This document shows positions 29,173 to 41,744 of a stretch of 64,000 nucleotides of DNA, one piece after another. The translations under genes and the position numbers were made by a program. Every line of letters starts with the position of its first letter. Position 1 is the first letter of the stretch. The stretch is taken from contig OZ024740.1 in assembly GCA_964016885.1 (NCBI GenBank), positions 371,442,001 to 371,506,000 on the forward strand, read 5' to 3'. This DNA comes from Eledone cirrhosa (Eukaryota). The notes under the pieces were generated by a model that was given only the letters and a program-made list of their open reading frames with translations, ran no database searches and was not told where the DNA came from.

Positions 29173-29310
29173 GTATGTATGTATGTATGTATGTATGTAT
29201 GTATGTATGTATGTATGTATGTATGTATGTATGTATGTATGTATGTATGTATGTATGTATGTATGTATGTATGTATGTATGTATGTATGTATGTATGTAT
29301 GTATGTATGT

Positions 29311-29917
29311 CAGGTCACCAGTTGGTGCTACTGGTAACATGTATCCCAGTACAACCTGTCTCATGGTCGGGTCATTGGCGACTAAACTGGCAACCCCACC
29401 AAGGTTTCTTGGTGAGGAGGGTGACTTTGGACATCCTGCAGGACTAAAAACAAAACCTGTCAAAGGGCAAAGGAGCTCTTAAGAGTCAATGGCCATCCAA
29501 AATCACCGGGAGAGATGACCCCTTAGCCTTTGTCAAGGCAGAATTCTAGGAGAAGGAAAACTCTGATATAACACCTGCAACCCTGATGGTATCCAATGAT
29601 GTTGACTTGTTCTTCTTTTTGGTAAATATCATCTTGGTTAAGAGAGTGGGACTGGCTTTGTGCAGTGCCTTTGCTCACTATAAAAGCTTCACGGCACAGG
29701 CATTGCTTTATATCTGGAGATCTCTCTGCACTTGTCGTCACATGGTACCATGGGCCCAGCAATATGTGTCAATAATTGTCACAAGTGCAGTGTTTGTACC
29801 AGAGTTTTCAAGTCGCTGGCGGGACTAAAAAGTCACACTCGTTCAGCGCATCAGTAGGGGTTCTCCTACATGGATATAAAGTAGTGGCCGTACTCGAAAA
29901 CGAGTTGGCAGCCACCA
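29311..29917 (+). mobile_element. About 607-bp RTE-like retroposon, copy 2
   Basis: Near-identical to 28224-28830; (TATG)n on both sides. Confidence 0.75.
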
Positions 29918-30313
29918 TGTATGTATGTATGTATGTATGTATGTATGTATGTAGATACATATATATGTATATATACATACGCACACATATATATATAATC
30001 ACAGACCCACAGATATACATACACATACAGGCACACACGACACACATACATATATATATGTATGCTTGTTTCATAAGTTTATATAACAAATATACTAAAC
30101 ATGCACTGAATGAGTCAAAATAGTATTTGCTATTTGGAAGTTTTACCGGCACCACTGGCTTCTTAAACCAGGTCTAGAGTGATGAACGCATCCATATATA
30201 TAACAGTAGCTTAGTTTAGGTTATATGTTATGGATGGGTGAAGTAAACACAAATAGAAAGTGTAGAGGCATGTTTTTGTGCAAATACCACGTGTTTATTG
30301 AACAGTGTAATGA

Positions 30314-30520
30314 AGGCGTGTGGCTGATTGGTTAGAGAACTGAATTCGCTAATGTTAGGTTCTCAGTTCGATTTCTCGACCGGGCGACGCGTTATGTCCT
30401 TGAGCAAGACACTTTATTTCACGCTGCTCCTTCTACCTGGAGTTGCGACCGATAGATAGTATTAGCAATTGCAAAGACCAATGGAAACATTGTTTCCTCG
30501 GTTCGATTTGACGAAAGTCG
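30314..30520 (+). mobile_element. SINE with tRNA-like head and CORE-like box
   Basis: GGCGTGTGGCTGATTGGTTAGA box-A-like, GTTCGATT box-B-like, TGTCCTTGAGCAAGACACTT. Confidence 0.7.
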
Positions 30521-30994
30521 ATCGACAAATTGTTTTTCTTTTAGTATATAAATTTGGTGCTAATTTAACCCATAATTGACCATAGTATCCATTGCATACG
30601 CTGTGTAGTCACCTAACGTACCTACCTTGTAAGGGTAAGGATTAGGGATAGTCCTTGTCGTTGAGCTGGACAGCGTACTGAATTGTACATAGCCAAGTGG
30701 ACAACACGTTAATATGTAAACGACTTGGTGGACCTCAGGCTAAAATGGCACCATCAATTTTCTATTGTATTTACTGTCACTAGTGAAGAACAACTATTAA
30801 TGATGCTACTTCTTACAAATTTTATCTTTGAATTATTTAACATAAGCTAATCACATCTACTTAAAGCAACCGATTTTTAAGAAGTAATATCGTTATTACA
30901 TTTTCATTAGTAACCTCCCTAATCTTATGATTATAAAGCAAGGTTCTTTACAATTCGGCTTCGCTGCGTCATTATATGACGTCTATATTCATAT

Positions 30995-31079
<85 letters not shown>

Positions 31080-31082
31080 TAC

Positions 31083-31400
31083 ATGGTGGCTGCCAACTCG
31101 CTTTCGAGTACTGCCACTAGTTTATATCCGTGTAGGAGAACCCCTACCGATGCGCTGAACGAGTCTGACTTTTTAGTCCAGCCAGCGACTTGAAAACTCT
31201 GGTACAAACACTACACTTGTGACAATTATTGACACATAGTGCTGGGCCCATGGTACCATGTGACGACAAGTGCAGAGAGATCTCCAGATATAAAGCAATG
31301 CCTGTGCCGTGAAGCTTTTATAGTGAGCAAAGGCACTGCACAAAGCCAGTCCCACTCTCTTAACCAAGATGATATTTACCAAAAAGAAGAACAAGTCAAC
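31083..31400 (-). mobile_element. 3' half of the (TATG)n-associated RTE-like retroposon
   Basis: Reverse complement of about 29600-29917; (CATA)n on both sides. Confidence 0.75.
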
Positions 31401-32061
31401 ATACATACATACATATATATATAAGTAACAGTTAGCAATGCTTAATATCTTCCATGATGTTAGGGTGGCAGTTGAATAAGTATAAACTATGAAGGTAGCT
31501 ATGATCGTTAGCGCCCATTCACACACACACACACACGTAACACACACATACACATACACATACACACAGTCACACACATGCACACATATGTACGCACGCA
31601 TAGTGTATGAATTTTGTGGTTTATGGGCAACAATACGAAAGTGCTCAACATGCACTTGTGACAAAGAATTAATATCCTGCTTCTGTTTTAGAGATTTAGT
31701 AAGCAATCAGTAAAAGTTACTATCAGACCTGTATATTTTTCTTACAACGCTCGCCAAGTGATCGATAATCCACCAATGATCACTGAAACACACACAGATT
31801 TGTTTGATATTTGCTATTAGAAATATAGAAGCCAGTACTCAATATTAAGTCTTACATTAGGTATATTGATCTTTAATGCTCTGTGCTCATAACCTACTAG
31901 CTACGACGGTTTTTCAGATTTTCGTAGTCGATAAAACGATAAACGAAAGACCAGTAACATAGAAAAGTTTATTAAATGGACACTATTACGTTCTTTTCAA
32001 AATAAGCCAGCATTCTTTAATCTTAAAAGTATTATATATTAAAATAGTATTTCATATGTGT

Positions 32062-32240
32062 ATAATTGTTTTTACTTTTGGCACAAGGCCAGCAATTATC
32101 CCAGTGTATTACTGGTACTTTATTTTATCGACCCCATAAGGATGAAAGGCAAAGTTAATCTCGGCGGGATTTGAACTCAGACCACAAAGGACCGTAATTC
32201 TATGCTGCAAAGCATGGCGTCCGGCCCTCCACCGATACTG
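32062..32240 (-). mobile_element. tRNA-derived SINE
   Basis: Family consensus. Confidence 0.85.
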
Positions 32241-33119
32241 TATAATGAATACCTATTAGTTTAATTCGTGCATTTTAACTTTTACTTGATCAGCCCTGTA
32301 ATCTCTATAGTACCCTTTCATTTCGAATAGTCTTATTGTTTCTTTTCTCATCATATGATAATTATTTTATTATTCCTATATCTACCATTTAAATAATCTT
32401 ATAATTGAACCAGATTGAGATATTTACAAGCTGATATTTCTCTGTCTATCACTTACTGTTCCTTAACTATGATATTATGTAGATTTCGTCTTATCTATTC
32501 CTACACTTAGTTATTTATATCTTCAGTTAGTGTGAACAGAAAATATATAACAGAGGATAGTAACTTTGTCATTTACTTCGCATATTGTTTGGAATTTAGT
32601 ATGTTTATGTCTTCGATTTTCTATATCGATCTTGTATTTTTAGGCACTCGAGTGTTTAAAGCTGCCAATCCTGTCATATCTATTTATATGTATTCAGTGT
32701 TACCTAAGATTAAGACAGCTAGTGACAAAGAAAATTTGCCTTGGCGTCTCTTAACCACCACTAAATATTTTGTGCAACTGTCTTTTATTTTTTTAGTCAA
32801 ATAAAAATCAACATGGTACGGTAAAATTCTTGGCAAGCCAATCTTGCGATGCACTTTAGATCTTTGTATAGCTTTTAGGAATATACAGTAGACAAACAAC
32901 ACACAACATTGTCGACTGTAATACAATAAATGAATAAATGAGTATGTAAATACGTATTAATGATATATATATAAATATATATATATATATGCAAAGTTTT
33001 ATTTAAATTGTTGGGTTACAACGAGTAAATATTTATAACTGATATAAAAGCACTCAACAAGTATTTGGAGTATATTTACGATATTAAATAAATGGAAACT
33101 ATATTTATAAAACCATATT

Positions 33120-33199
33120 TATTTCATTATATATATTTCAGGGATATCATATTAAAAATATCATATTAAAAATATGTTATGCCTTCTTCAGACAAAATA
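33120..33199 (-). ncRNA. Hammerhead motif (inverted arm, short duplication in stem II)
   Basis: Reverse complement of 33359-33424. Confidence 0.7.
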
Positions 33200-33358
33200 C
33201 AATATAAACAGTCTTATAAATAGATAGATTTGACATACCTTTCTTTCTTTCTTTTTATAACTGTCCCTAATATTTTTCACTACCAAATTAACTTTTTAAA
33301 TGGAAGTTGAAGTTGAAAGGTATGTCAAATCTATCTATTTATAAGACTGTTTATATTG

Positions 33359-33424
33359 TATTTTGTCTGAAGAAGGCATAACATATTTTTAATATGATAT
33401 CCCTGAAATATATATAATGAAATA
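33359..33424 (+). ncRNA. Minimal type I hammerhead ribozyme motif
   Basis: TATTTTGT-CTGAAGA-AGGCATAACATATT..AATATGATATCCCT-GAAA-TATATA-TA-ATGAAATA. Confidence 0.8.
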
Positions 33425-33725
33425 AATATGGTTTTATAAATATAGTTTCCATTTATTTAATATCGTATATATATATATATATATATGAATTTCGTATTTC
33501 TAAGAAATACGGTATCTTTATAAATAAACATTTAAAAGTGTCCAACAGAAGCAAGGGGAGCAATCGATTGTCCCCCTTGCTTCCGCTGGGTGGCACTAGC
33601 TGCCAGTGTCTTTGGATACCTATGGTTTTTTAAATGTTTATTTATAAACATACCGTATTTTTTTAGAAACACGAAATTCAAATACATATTTGTATACAGC
33701 TATGTTTGAAGCTAAATTCTAACTC

Positions 33726-33868
<143 letters not shown>

Positions 33869-35649
33869 TATTTCGTTGTGTCCTGATTTACAGATTATTA
33901 TACACCTTGTATTACCCATCATTCCTACGTTAGATATTCTCAATCCACCTCCGCTCTTGAAGTATTTTCGCTTTTGCTTCTCTCTGACATCACCATTAAA
34001 AATTTAAGCTCAAATTTATTTGTCTTAAGCATAAGACAAATTGTTTCTATCCTTCAGTATGAGAAAATCATTAAAAATTATGAAGCCAGAAGAAAAATAG
34101 ATTTCTCTTTGAAATTTGGAGATTTATAGATTAAGAACAGTAACGAGCCGATTATTTGTTTTATAATATCAACATTTCGATAATTAAATTTCCATCGCCC
34201 AGTTACATTCTTACATGTATATACTTTTACATGTAAGTTATATAGTTATCTACATCGTTATGTATATGGGAATATATTATATTATATTATATTAAGTTAA
34301 ACCATAAATGCAAAGCTGCGCGTTGTTCAACTACATTACTGCAGCGAGGACACTGCAACAGCAGATATGCACCTTTATAAGAAGCATAGCCTTCATAATA
34401 ATGCTTTCAATTTATGTACCATAACGAGCTTGATTAAACGCTTTGACAAAAAATTAAAAGCTATCATAAAGGCCATTCAGGAGGAGGACCTTAAATGGAA
34501 AATGATAGAATTATGTTGTCAAAGAACCATTAGGAAAACTACAAAGTGAAAGTGCATTTGGACATGAGAGCACTTCATCAATTTCACTTTATACTGGGAT
34601 ACGATAATGAAATATTTGAAAGGACTCTGCATAAGGATGATTACGCAAAACAAAACAAAGCAAAAAAATAATAATAACAAACGCAAACAAAATTAACTAT
34701 AATTCTAAAAAGAAGATAATGAAATAAATAAACAAATGTTTAAAAACTGAAATAATGTTTTGAACATTGAAATTTACAGCGCGTTTCACGATCTAGAATG
34801 TTGTATAGTATAGATTACACGAGGAAAAATAATTTCAATACACTAATTTAAATAGTATATTACTCCCCATAGACATTGTTCTGATTTTAATATACTGTAT
34901 TATGAACAGTTGAATTATTTGTGAAATAAGAAGCAATTTAATAATCAGTATCAATTTTGCAAGCGCCATTATGATTGTCAATGTAGCTATCTATCGAGAG
35001 ATTATGCCAAATATACATACAGCATATGCTGAATGTCCTAGGAAGTGAAGATTGTAAAGCTGGTATTTGTATTTCCTTTTTTTATTGACGTTAAGTCACA
35101 CTGGTATTATTGTCTTCTTTTTGTGAGTATTATATTTAAAATATATTGATATTAAACTGTTCAAGTCAACTTATTAGCATTACTTTTTCCTAATGTAGTA
35201 TCTTTTTTCTCGCAATATCTTCTCTTATCAGTTCTCAGTTTAACATATATATATATTTTCTTTCACTCCAATATTTTGTTTGTCTCAGTAATATTCTAAT
35301 CTTAATGTTGTGCCAATAGAACTAATCTTTAAAAAAAAACAAATAATACGCAAGAAAACTTATATTTGCACACGATTATCTCTTGTCTTCTGTAGTAAAC
35401 AATCAGAATACTTAAATTAAACCACCAGTAATCACGCATATATCTCTATAAATAGACATATGCACAAGTGCATACACAAACACATATTTGTGTATGGGAC
35501 TGAAAGATTGCAATATAATATATGCATAAATGAATGTAAACAAATGTGTGTAAATGAAATGCATATATATATATATATATATATATAGGTCTATTGAGAC
35601 ATACGCTTGAACAAACATACATGCATACATCATTTATACGCACTTATGC

Positions 35650-35722
<73 letters not shown>

Positions 35723-35913
35723 ACATCTCTCTCTATATATAATATATATATATTTATAGTAATAATATATATATATATATATATATGCATAAGTACGTAT
35801 AAATGATGTATGTTTGTTCAAACGTGGGTCTCAATAGACCTATATACATATTTATAATGCTTTATATTACCATAAATTGTGACACATATGCACGCATACA
35901 TACATATGTTAAA

Positions 35914-36015
<102 letters not shown>

Positions 36016-36049
36016 GGGCATAAGTGTCACAATCTATGGTAGTATAAAC

Positions 36050-36091
<42 letters not shown>

Positions 36092-36759
36092 TATTTATGT
36101 ATGTACATATACGTATGCGTATGAACGTGAAAAGGAAAACAACACATAAAGAAAGCTTACGAAAACAACACATAAAGAAAACACCAGGCACATACTCTCT
36201 CTTTCCCTCTATCACACACTAAAAAAATTCAATAGGACCGAATACAACCTCATAAATATGCATACACACACACAAAAATATGTATATTAATACTTATTTA
36301 CATTCAAACATATACATTTTATCTGATATAATTTCTCTTTTTCAATCTACACTCGCAGTAGCACTTGTCTATACACATCTCAATTCACACACACACACAC
36401 ACACATACACATACACACACACACGCACACACACATACACACACACGCGCGCGCGCACACACTCACAACACACACAATCATACGTGCATATGTATGTATG
36501 TATGCTTGATTGTATGTACGTATGAATGAATGCATGTATGCATGGGTGTGTGTATGTGTACATTTGTAGCAGTATATATGAAAATATATTGTCACCTGGG
36601 TAATGAAACATCCTTTACACACACACACACTCGCCCCGCCCCCCCTCACCACACATATATATATAATACGGGTCTGTATGAAAGCTTATGCAATACATTT
36701 TATGAATGTTTTAAGTTGTGATCATGTCATAGCTACCTCGATATCTGAGTTAGAATACC

Positions 36760-37870
36760 AGACTTTTATGTTTCAGGATTTCGTAAAAAGAAAAGAGGAC
36801 CTACCATTCGACATATCCATGGGATTCTATAACGGGGTTGAGGTTGCTGGCCTCATCGGTTTATTCAACCTCGATACACTTGTACTCCCAAAGACCAACC
36901 ACATACATACTTAAACTAAATGAATGACCACGCTATGAATAAGTTGACAAAAGATCTTATAAGGATCTTTAAAGAGTTCAGCCTAAATACTACAGTCAGC
37001 ATCAACTTTACCAAAGTTGACTTTTTGGACATCACTGGACCTCAAAAGTGGTAAACACTGCTCTTATAGGAAGCTTAATGAAGAGACGGTGTACATTCAT
37101 GAAAACTCTATCTCTCCCAGTTACAGTTTGGAACCTTGTAAACGGTATTAGTAGAAGAATCTCTAGTTTATTGACTGGCAGAAAAATCGTTGACAGGGCT
37201 GTACTCCATTATAACAAGGCATTGTCAAGAAGTGGCTTTATAGAAAAATAGTATATATGAAGGAAAGCCCACCCGCCTCTAACTTAGAGGCGGATGGGCT
37301 TTCCTTCCTTCCTCAGTTTAGAGGTATTAACAAATATAACTAAGTACTTCCTGTCCTTAATTAGGAAACATTTCCCATTGATCCATACGTACAAGATGTT
37401 CAATCCATATAATGTTAAGGTTAAATATCGCAGATTATACCAGAAAACAATCACGCACCCACACAAGTCTTAATGCGCACACCAACCTGCTATTGCCGAA
37501 ACTCTGCTAAGTGCACTGTAGGTGGGTCATATATCTATAAGACCGTGGTCTACATATCCAGCAGTTTCCAGAAGAACTATACGAGCCAAACAGCCAATGT
37601 ATTCCAGGGGAAAGTTACCCAGCACTCATTTAGGTGCAGGAACAGGTAGAACCATACCAACCTGTCCAACTGTGAACAAGAAAATAACACCCCCAGCATC
37701 AAATGGAACAATCTAGAGAAAGCACCCACATACTGTCCCGAGAGTCACAACTATCAACACTACTTCCACGACTTCCGCGAGAGATTGCAACAATCTCCAA
37801 AATCCATAAACAGGAAAACTGATCTAAAGGTTTGCTGTCACCGGAGAAACGCACTGTTAACGAACTTCAA
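36760..37870 (+). mobile_element. Highly decayed Penelope-like element (RT C-terminus to GIY-YIG)
   Basis: FDISMGFYNGVEVAGLIGLF (FDVTMGSYDGAEV-type), KDLIRIFKEFSLNTTVSINFTKVDFLDI, KMFNPYNVKVKY, CYCR; same type as 41744-43260. Confidence 0.75.
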
Positions 37871-38583
37871 ACCACGGGACTCGTACATCCCACAAAGGCT
37901 ACCTTAGGTCCATTCGACTCGCATGCAGGTGTGAGAAAGACAGCACAAATCAGTACGCACGCCATGAAAATAACAACATCATATTCACTAAAGGTTACAA
38001 CATTTATTAATTGAACATTCACAGAAACACAGAGCATAAGGCTTATCATGCTCACCGACGCCATTAGAACGCAAATGACATCACATACCCAATGTTCCTG
38101 AATTGTACTTAGATTAATGACGCCACCGAGATGCAGACTTATCAACAGCATCACCTGACCAGAAGCAACCGATGAAGGCCCTTAGCATCATGGCCCCAAA
38201 CCCTATTTCCCATCTTGACAGCAGGTTTTCAGAGAAAAACCCCCTCGCATGCAAGTGTTTCGTCCCTTATATATATAAATGTATATAAATATATATGGAG
38301 ATGTATTTTAATTATGTCTCATATAAAATAATACAACTGGCTATCCGCAAAATACATATAGTTAGCACCCCAAACGTAAAATTGGGATTATACTAAGGTA
38401 TATCCTAATGTTTGTTGAGTGAGATGGAAGCCAGTCAGAGTATAGCTTAAAGCTTTCTCTGTTAATGTATTAAATATAAATATATATATATATTTATTCG
38501 TCCATTTCGCATTGTCGTAGCTTTCAAACTTCAAATTTTATATACCATGCACAATGCTTCGAGTAAACTACAAATTCTTCCTT

Positions 38584-38614
<31 letters not shown>

Positions 38615-38701
38615 ACAGGGAGAAAGAGACGATTATGAGGAAGACAAAAAAAAAATATATATATATATATATAATCAAAAGATGGTTAAAAGAGTTCCAT
38701 G

Positions 38702-38772
38702 TATTTTATTATGCGCATTTCAAAAACAAATATCATCATGGGATGATATTTGCGTTCTCATCAGATAAAATA
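38702..38772 (-). ncRNA. Hammerhead motif (inverted arm)
   Basis: Reverse complement of 38875-38945. Confidence 0.8.
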
Positions 38773-38874
38773 GCTTCATATCATGTCTCCCTATTTTATC
38801 TGATGAGAACGCAAATTGTTGATTTGACACTTCACTGCTCGCAAGTGTTTTTTAAGCTTCATATCATGTCTCCC

Positions 38875-38945
38875 TATTTTATCTGATGAGAACGCAAATA
38901 TCATCCCATGATGATATTTGTTTTTGAAATGCGCATAATAAAATA
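38875..38945 (+). ncRNA. Minimal type I hammerhead ribozyme motif
   Basis: TATTTTAT-CTGATGA-GAACGCAAATATCATC..GATGATATTTGTTTTT-GAAA-TGCGCA-TA-ATAAAATA. Confidence 0.88.
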
Positions 38946-39069
38946 CATGGAACTCTTTTAACCATCTTTTGATTTTATATTATTTATACTCCAGTCCTAT
39001 AAACTGTTGAGTGCTACTTATCCGATATTTGCATTGCTTTATTGTGCTACAATAAAACTTACCGCCTAC

Positions 39070-39133
<64 letters not shown>

Positions 39134-39140
<7 letters not shown>

Positions 39141-39378
39141 AGATGAAATCGGAAATGCAACTGGAGTCTTATTTGAGAAAAACCACAGACCCTCCATCTC
39201 AACTCTACTTTTGAAAAGCAGAAGAACTGCGAAACTGGTAAAGGAACCAAATAAATATATATATTTTTTAAAAATAAGACTCCAGTTGTATTTTCGATTT
39301 CATCTTTTTTTCTTTATACTTTCACTCGTTTAGGACACTCGGTTATTTTTCATTTTGTAAAAAAACCTCACTTTCTAA
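39134..39378 (+). mobile_element. Solo pLTR fragment of the 52216-54503 Penelope family
   Basis: Matches about 54360-54500 and 52216-52425 reversed; short inverted 5' segment; (TA)n on both sides. Confidence 0.75.
39208..39243 (+). ncRNA. Minimal hammerhead motif with U3-A8 core
   Basis: CTT-TTGAAAA-GCAGAAGAACTGC-GAAA-CTGG-TA-AAG; stem I only 3 bp. Confidence 0.55.
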
Positions 39379-39387
39379 TATATATAT

Positions 39388-39456
<69 letters not shown>

Positions 39457-39517
39457 CGAAGGAAATGTGGACCATAACGCACCAAAGTACTCAATACTTA
39501 GGGTAGTAGAGTGGGTA

Positions 39518-39643
39518 ATAGGAACGAGTAGGACCCCGACGGCTGAGCTCAAGCCGTTTCGACGGCTAATTCTGGACTACTGCAGTCCAGAATTAGCCGT
39601 CGAAACGGCTTGAGTTGAGCCGTCGGGGTCCTACTCGTTCCTA
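39518..39643. repeat. Near-perfect GC-rich palindrome carrying 3' halves of a hammerhead
   Basis: Arms mirror about 39580; each has GTC-GAAA-CGGCTTGAG..AGCCG-TC-GGGG. Confidence 0.8.
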
Positions 39644-39735
39644 TATATATATATATATATATACATTATGAAGAGAGAAGAAACATTTAGATATAATTAG
39701 TAATAAAATGTATCATACCTAAACTGTTCCTAAAT

Positions 39736-39823
39736 TCCTCGACTACGTAGTTTCGTGGCATAAACAAAAACAATATATCAAAGATATAGAGTCCTTGCGA
39801 GGTCTGCCGACTTATCAAGAGGA
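39736..39823 (-). ncRNA. Hammerhead motif with U3-A8 core
   Basis: TCCTC-TTGATAA-GTCGGCA...TGCCAC-GAAA-CTACGTAG-TC-GAGGA. Confidence 0.75.
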
Positions 39824-40326
39824 TACCTCATTTTACTAGTCTCAAGAACGCGTCTACACGACGTGAGAAAGAATCCCAAAAGGCGGAGGGGGAGATAGTC
39901 ACGCGATATAACGGTCGAGAAACAGAGCTAAGCCTCTTATAACCACGAAGAAAATACCACGGAGGCGGAGGGGGTATTCATATCGAGGCCGTAGAAGAGG
40001 TAGTGAAGAAGGCGAGAAGTATGAGTAATGGAAGCTTTCCAGTTGTCCCCACACTTCAAAGATTGCTCGACCAGAGGGAGTTATTAATATATTAAGAAAC
40101 ACACAGATACATGCGGACACACACATATATACATGAATGCATCCGCACCCAACTGTGAGTTAAGGGTGCCAACTTCACCGATGTTGCTCAATGAATGACT
40201 GGGACAGACCAATTCAGTTTGAACCAGACTGAACCAGTATCAGAGTTAAAAATACATTATGAAGAGAGAAGAAACATTTAGATATAATTAGTAATAAAAT
40301 GTATCATACCTAAACTGTTCCTAAAT

Positions 40327-40414
40327 TCCTCGACTACGTAGTTTCGTGGCATAAACAAAAACAATATATCAAAGATATAGAGTCCTTGCGAGGTCTGCCG
40401 ACTTATCAAGAGGA
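40327..40414 (-). ncRNA. Hammerhead motif with U3-A8 core
   Basis: Copy of 39736-39823, 591 bp away. Confidence 0.75.
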
Positions 40415-41540
40415 TACCTCATTTTACTAGTCTCAAGAACGCGTCTACACGACGTGAGAAAGAATCCCAAAAGGCGGAGGGGGAGATAGTCACGCGATAT
40501 AACGGTCGAGAAACAGAGCTAAGCCTCTTATAACCACGAAGAAAATACCACGGAGGCGGAGGGGGTATTCATATCGAGGCCGTAGAAGAGGTAGTGAAGA
40601 AGGCGAGAAGTATGAGTAATGGAAGCTTTCCAGTTGTCCCCACACTTCAAAGATTGCTCGACCAGAGGGAGTTATTAATATATTAAGAAACACACATATA
40701 TATATATAATTGGTGTTGGATGCTTAAAGCGTCCGTATGCGGTAAGGGGGACGGATGGGGGGGGGGGTACTCATCAAGTATATGCATCCGGTGTTGAGCA
40801 CCCGATATGTATGCATGCCCAGACAGACATGCATGAGCACGGGTGTGTGCATGCATGGGTCGATGTATTTGTCTGAGCATGTTTGCCTGGGGGTACGGAT
40901 GACTTTCCATGGAGTTTTCTTTTCCCATCTGCCTACATAAGTGCGCGGCGTCTTGTCTACGCACGCTACCCTGAGTCCAGTGTGTGAGTGTTGAAAACAT
41001 CTCTGATATAGCCCTACGTTCGAATGGTTGTTGAAAGCTTCTTTTCTAAAAACGTTTTTTTAAAAAACGTTCTTGCTACAGGTTCTTTTCCTTTCTCTTT
41101 TCCTTTCGAAATATGTATGGCGGAGTGTATCCTAAGGCTGTGTCATACTAATGTTACGCTAAATATCCCCATGATTGTTTTTTTTTTAAATTCCCGCAAT
41201 ACATTATTTATGATGAATGCCGCATACAGTATAATTGCGGGTGTGTATCTGACCGACGTAGACTAAGGCGCCTAGGGGCAATGAAGACGACGAAGTGATG
41301 CCAGCTGTTCAACATTACAACCCCTCTCCCACAACAGTAGTAATTCTGATACATGAAGACATTTTGATTGACAGGTGGAGAACGAGAGGAAGCAAGCAGT
41401 GGGCAACCATGAGTGGCTAGTAATACCGATGAGATGTACAATTCTTGACCACTCACAGAATGACAACAACAGGATCTAAATCAATAAACGAAGAAATTCA
41501 ATGTTAAAGGACTATAGGAAAATCTGCTTCGTAGAATCGA

Positions 41541-41636
41541 GACATATCTGATGACCGTGTTGATTTCAGAGTCAGGTCTGATCACCATATCGATCGTGCC
41601 TCGAGCTGATCGCCCGAGAAAAATTTGTAATATGTC
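41541..41636 (+). ncRNA. Hammerhead-like motif with expanded stem II
   Basis: GACATAT-CTGATGA-(63 nt)-GAAA-AATTTG-TA-ATATGTC; 7-bp stem I, imperfect stems II and III. Confidence 0.55.
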
Positions 41637-41677
41637 AAATACATTCCTTTCGTCGCAACACTGATTCTCTTTTTTCT

Positions 41678-41743
<66 letters not shown>

Positions 41744-41744
<1 letters not shown>

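Larger units (their letters stand above)
32992..33466. mobile_element. Fold-back HHR element in (TA)n (same family as 51549-51935)
   Basis: Arms about 33075-33245 and 33313-33466 are inverted; the extension 32992-33075 matches about 51845-51933 reversed. Confidence 0.75.
38672..38980. mobile_element. Fold-back HHR element next to (TA)n
   Basis: 38672-38772 is an inverted copy of 38875-38975. Confidence 0.75.
39662..40697 (-). mobile_element. Tandem 591-bp non-coding monomers with hammerhead (retrozyme-like or non-autonomous PLE)
   Basis: Unit 39662-40252 repeated from 40253; (TA)n on both sides. Confidence 0.8.

Noticed and set aside
38161-38210. CCGATGA-AGGCC..GGCC downstream of the decayed PLE
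   Set aside because: Core mutated, no GAAA or stem I; position fits a pLTR relic but it cannot be supported
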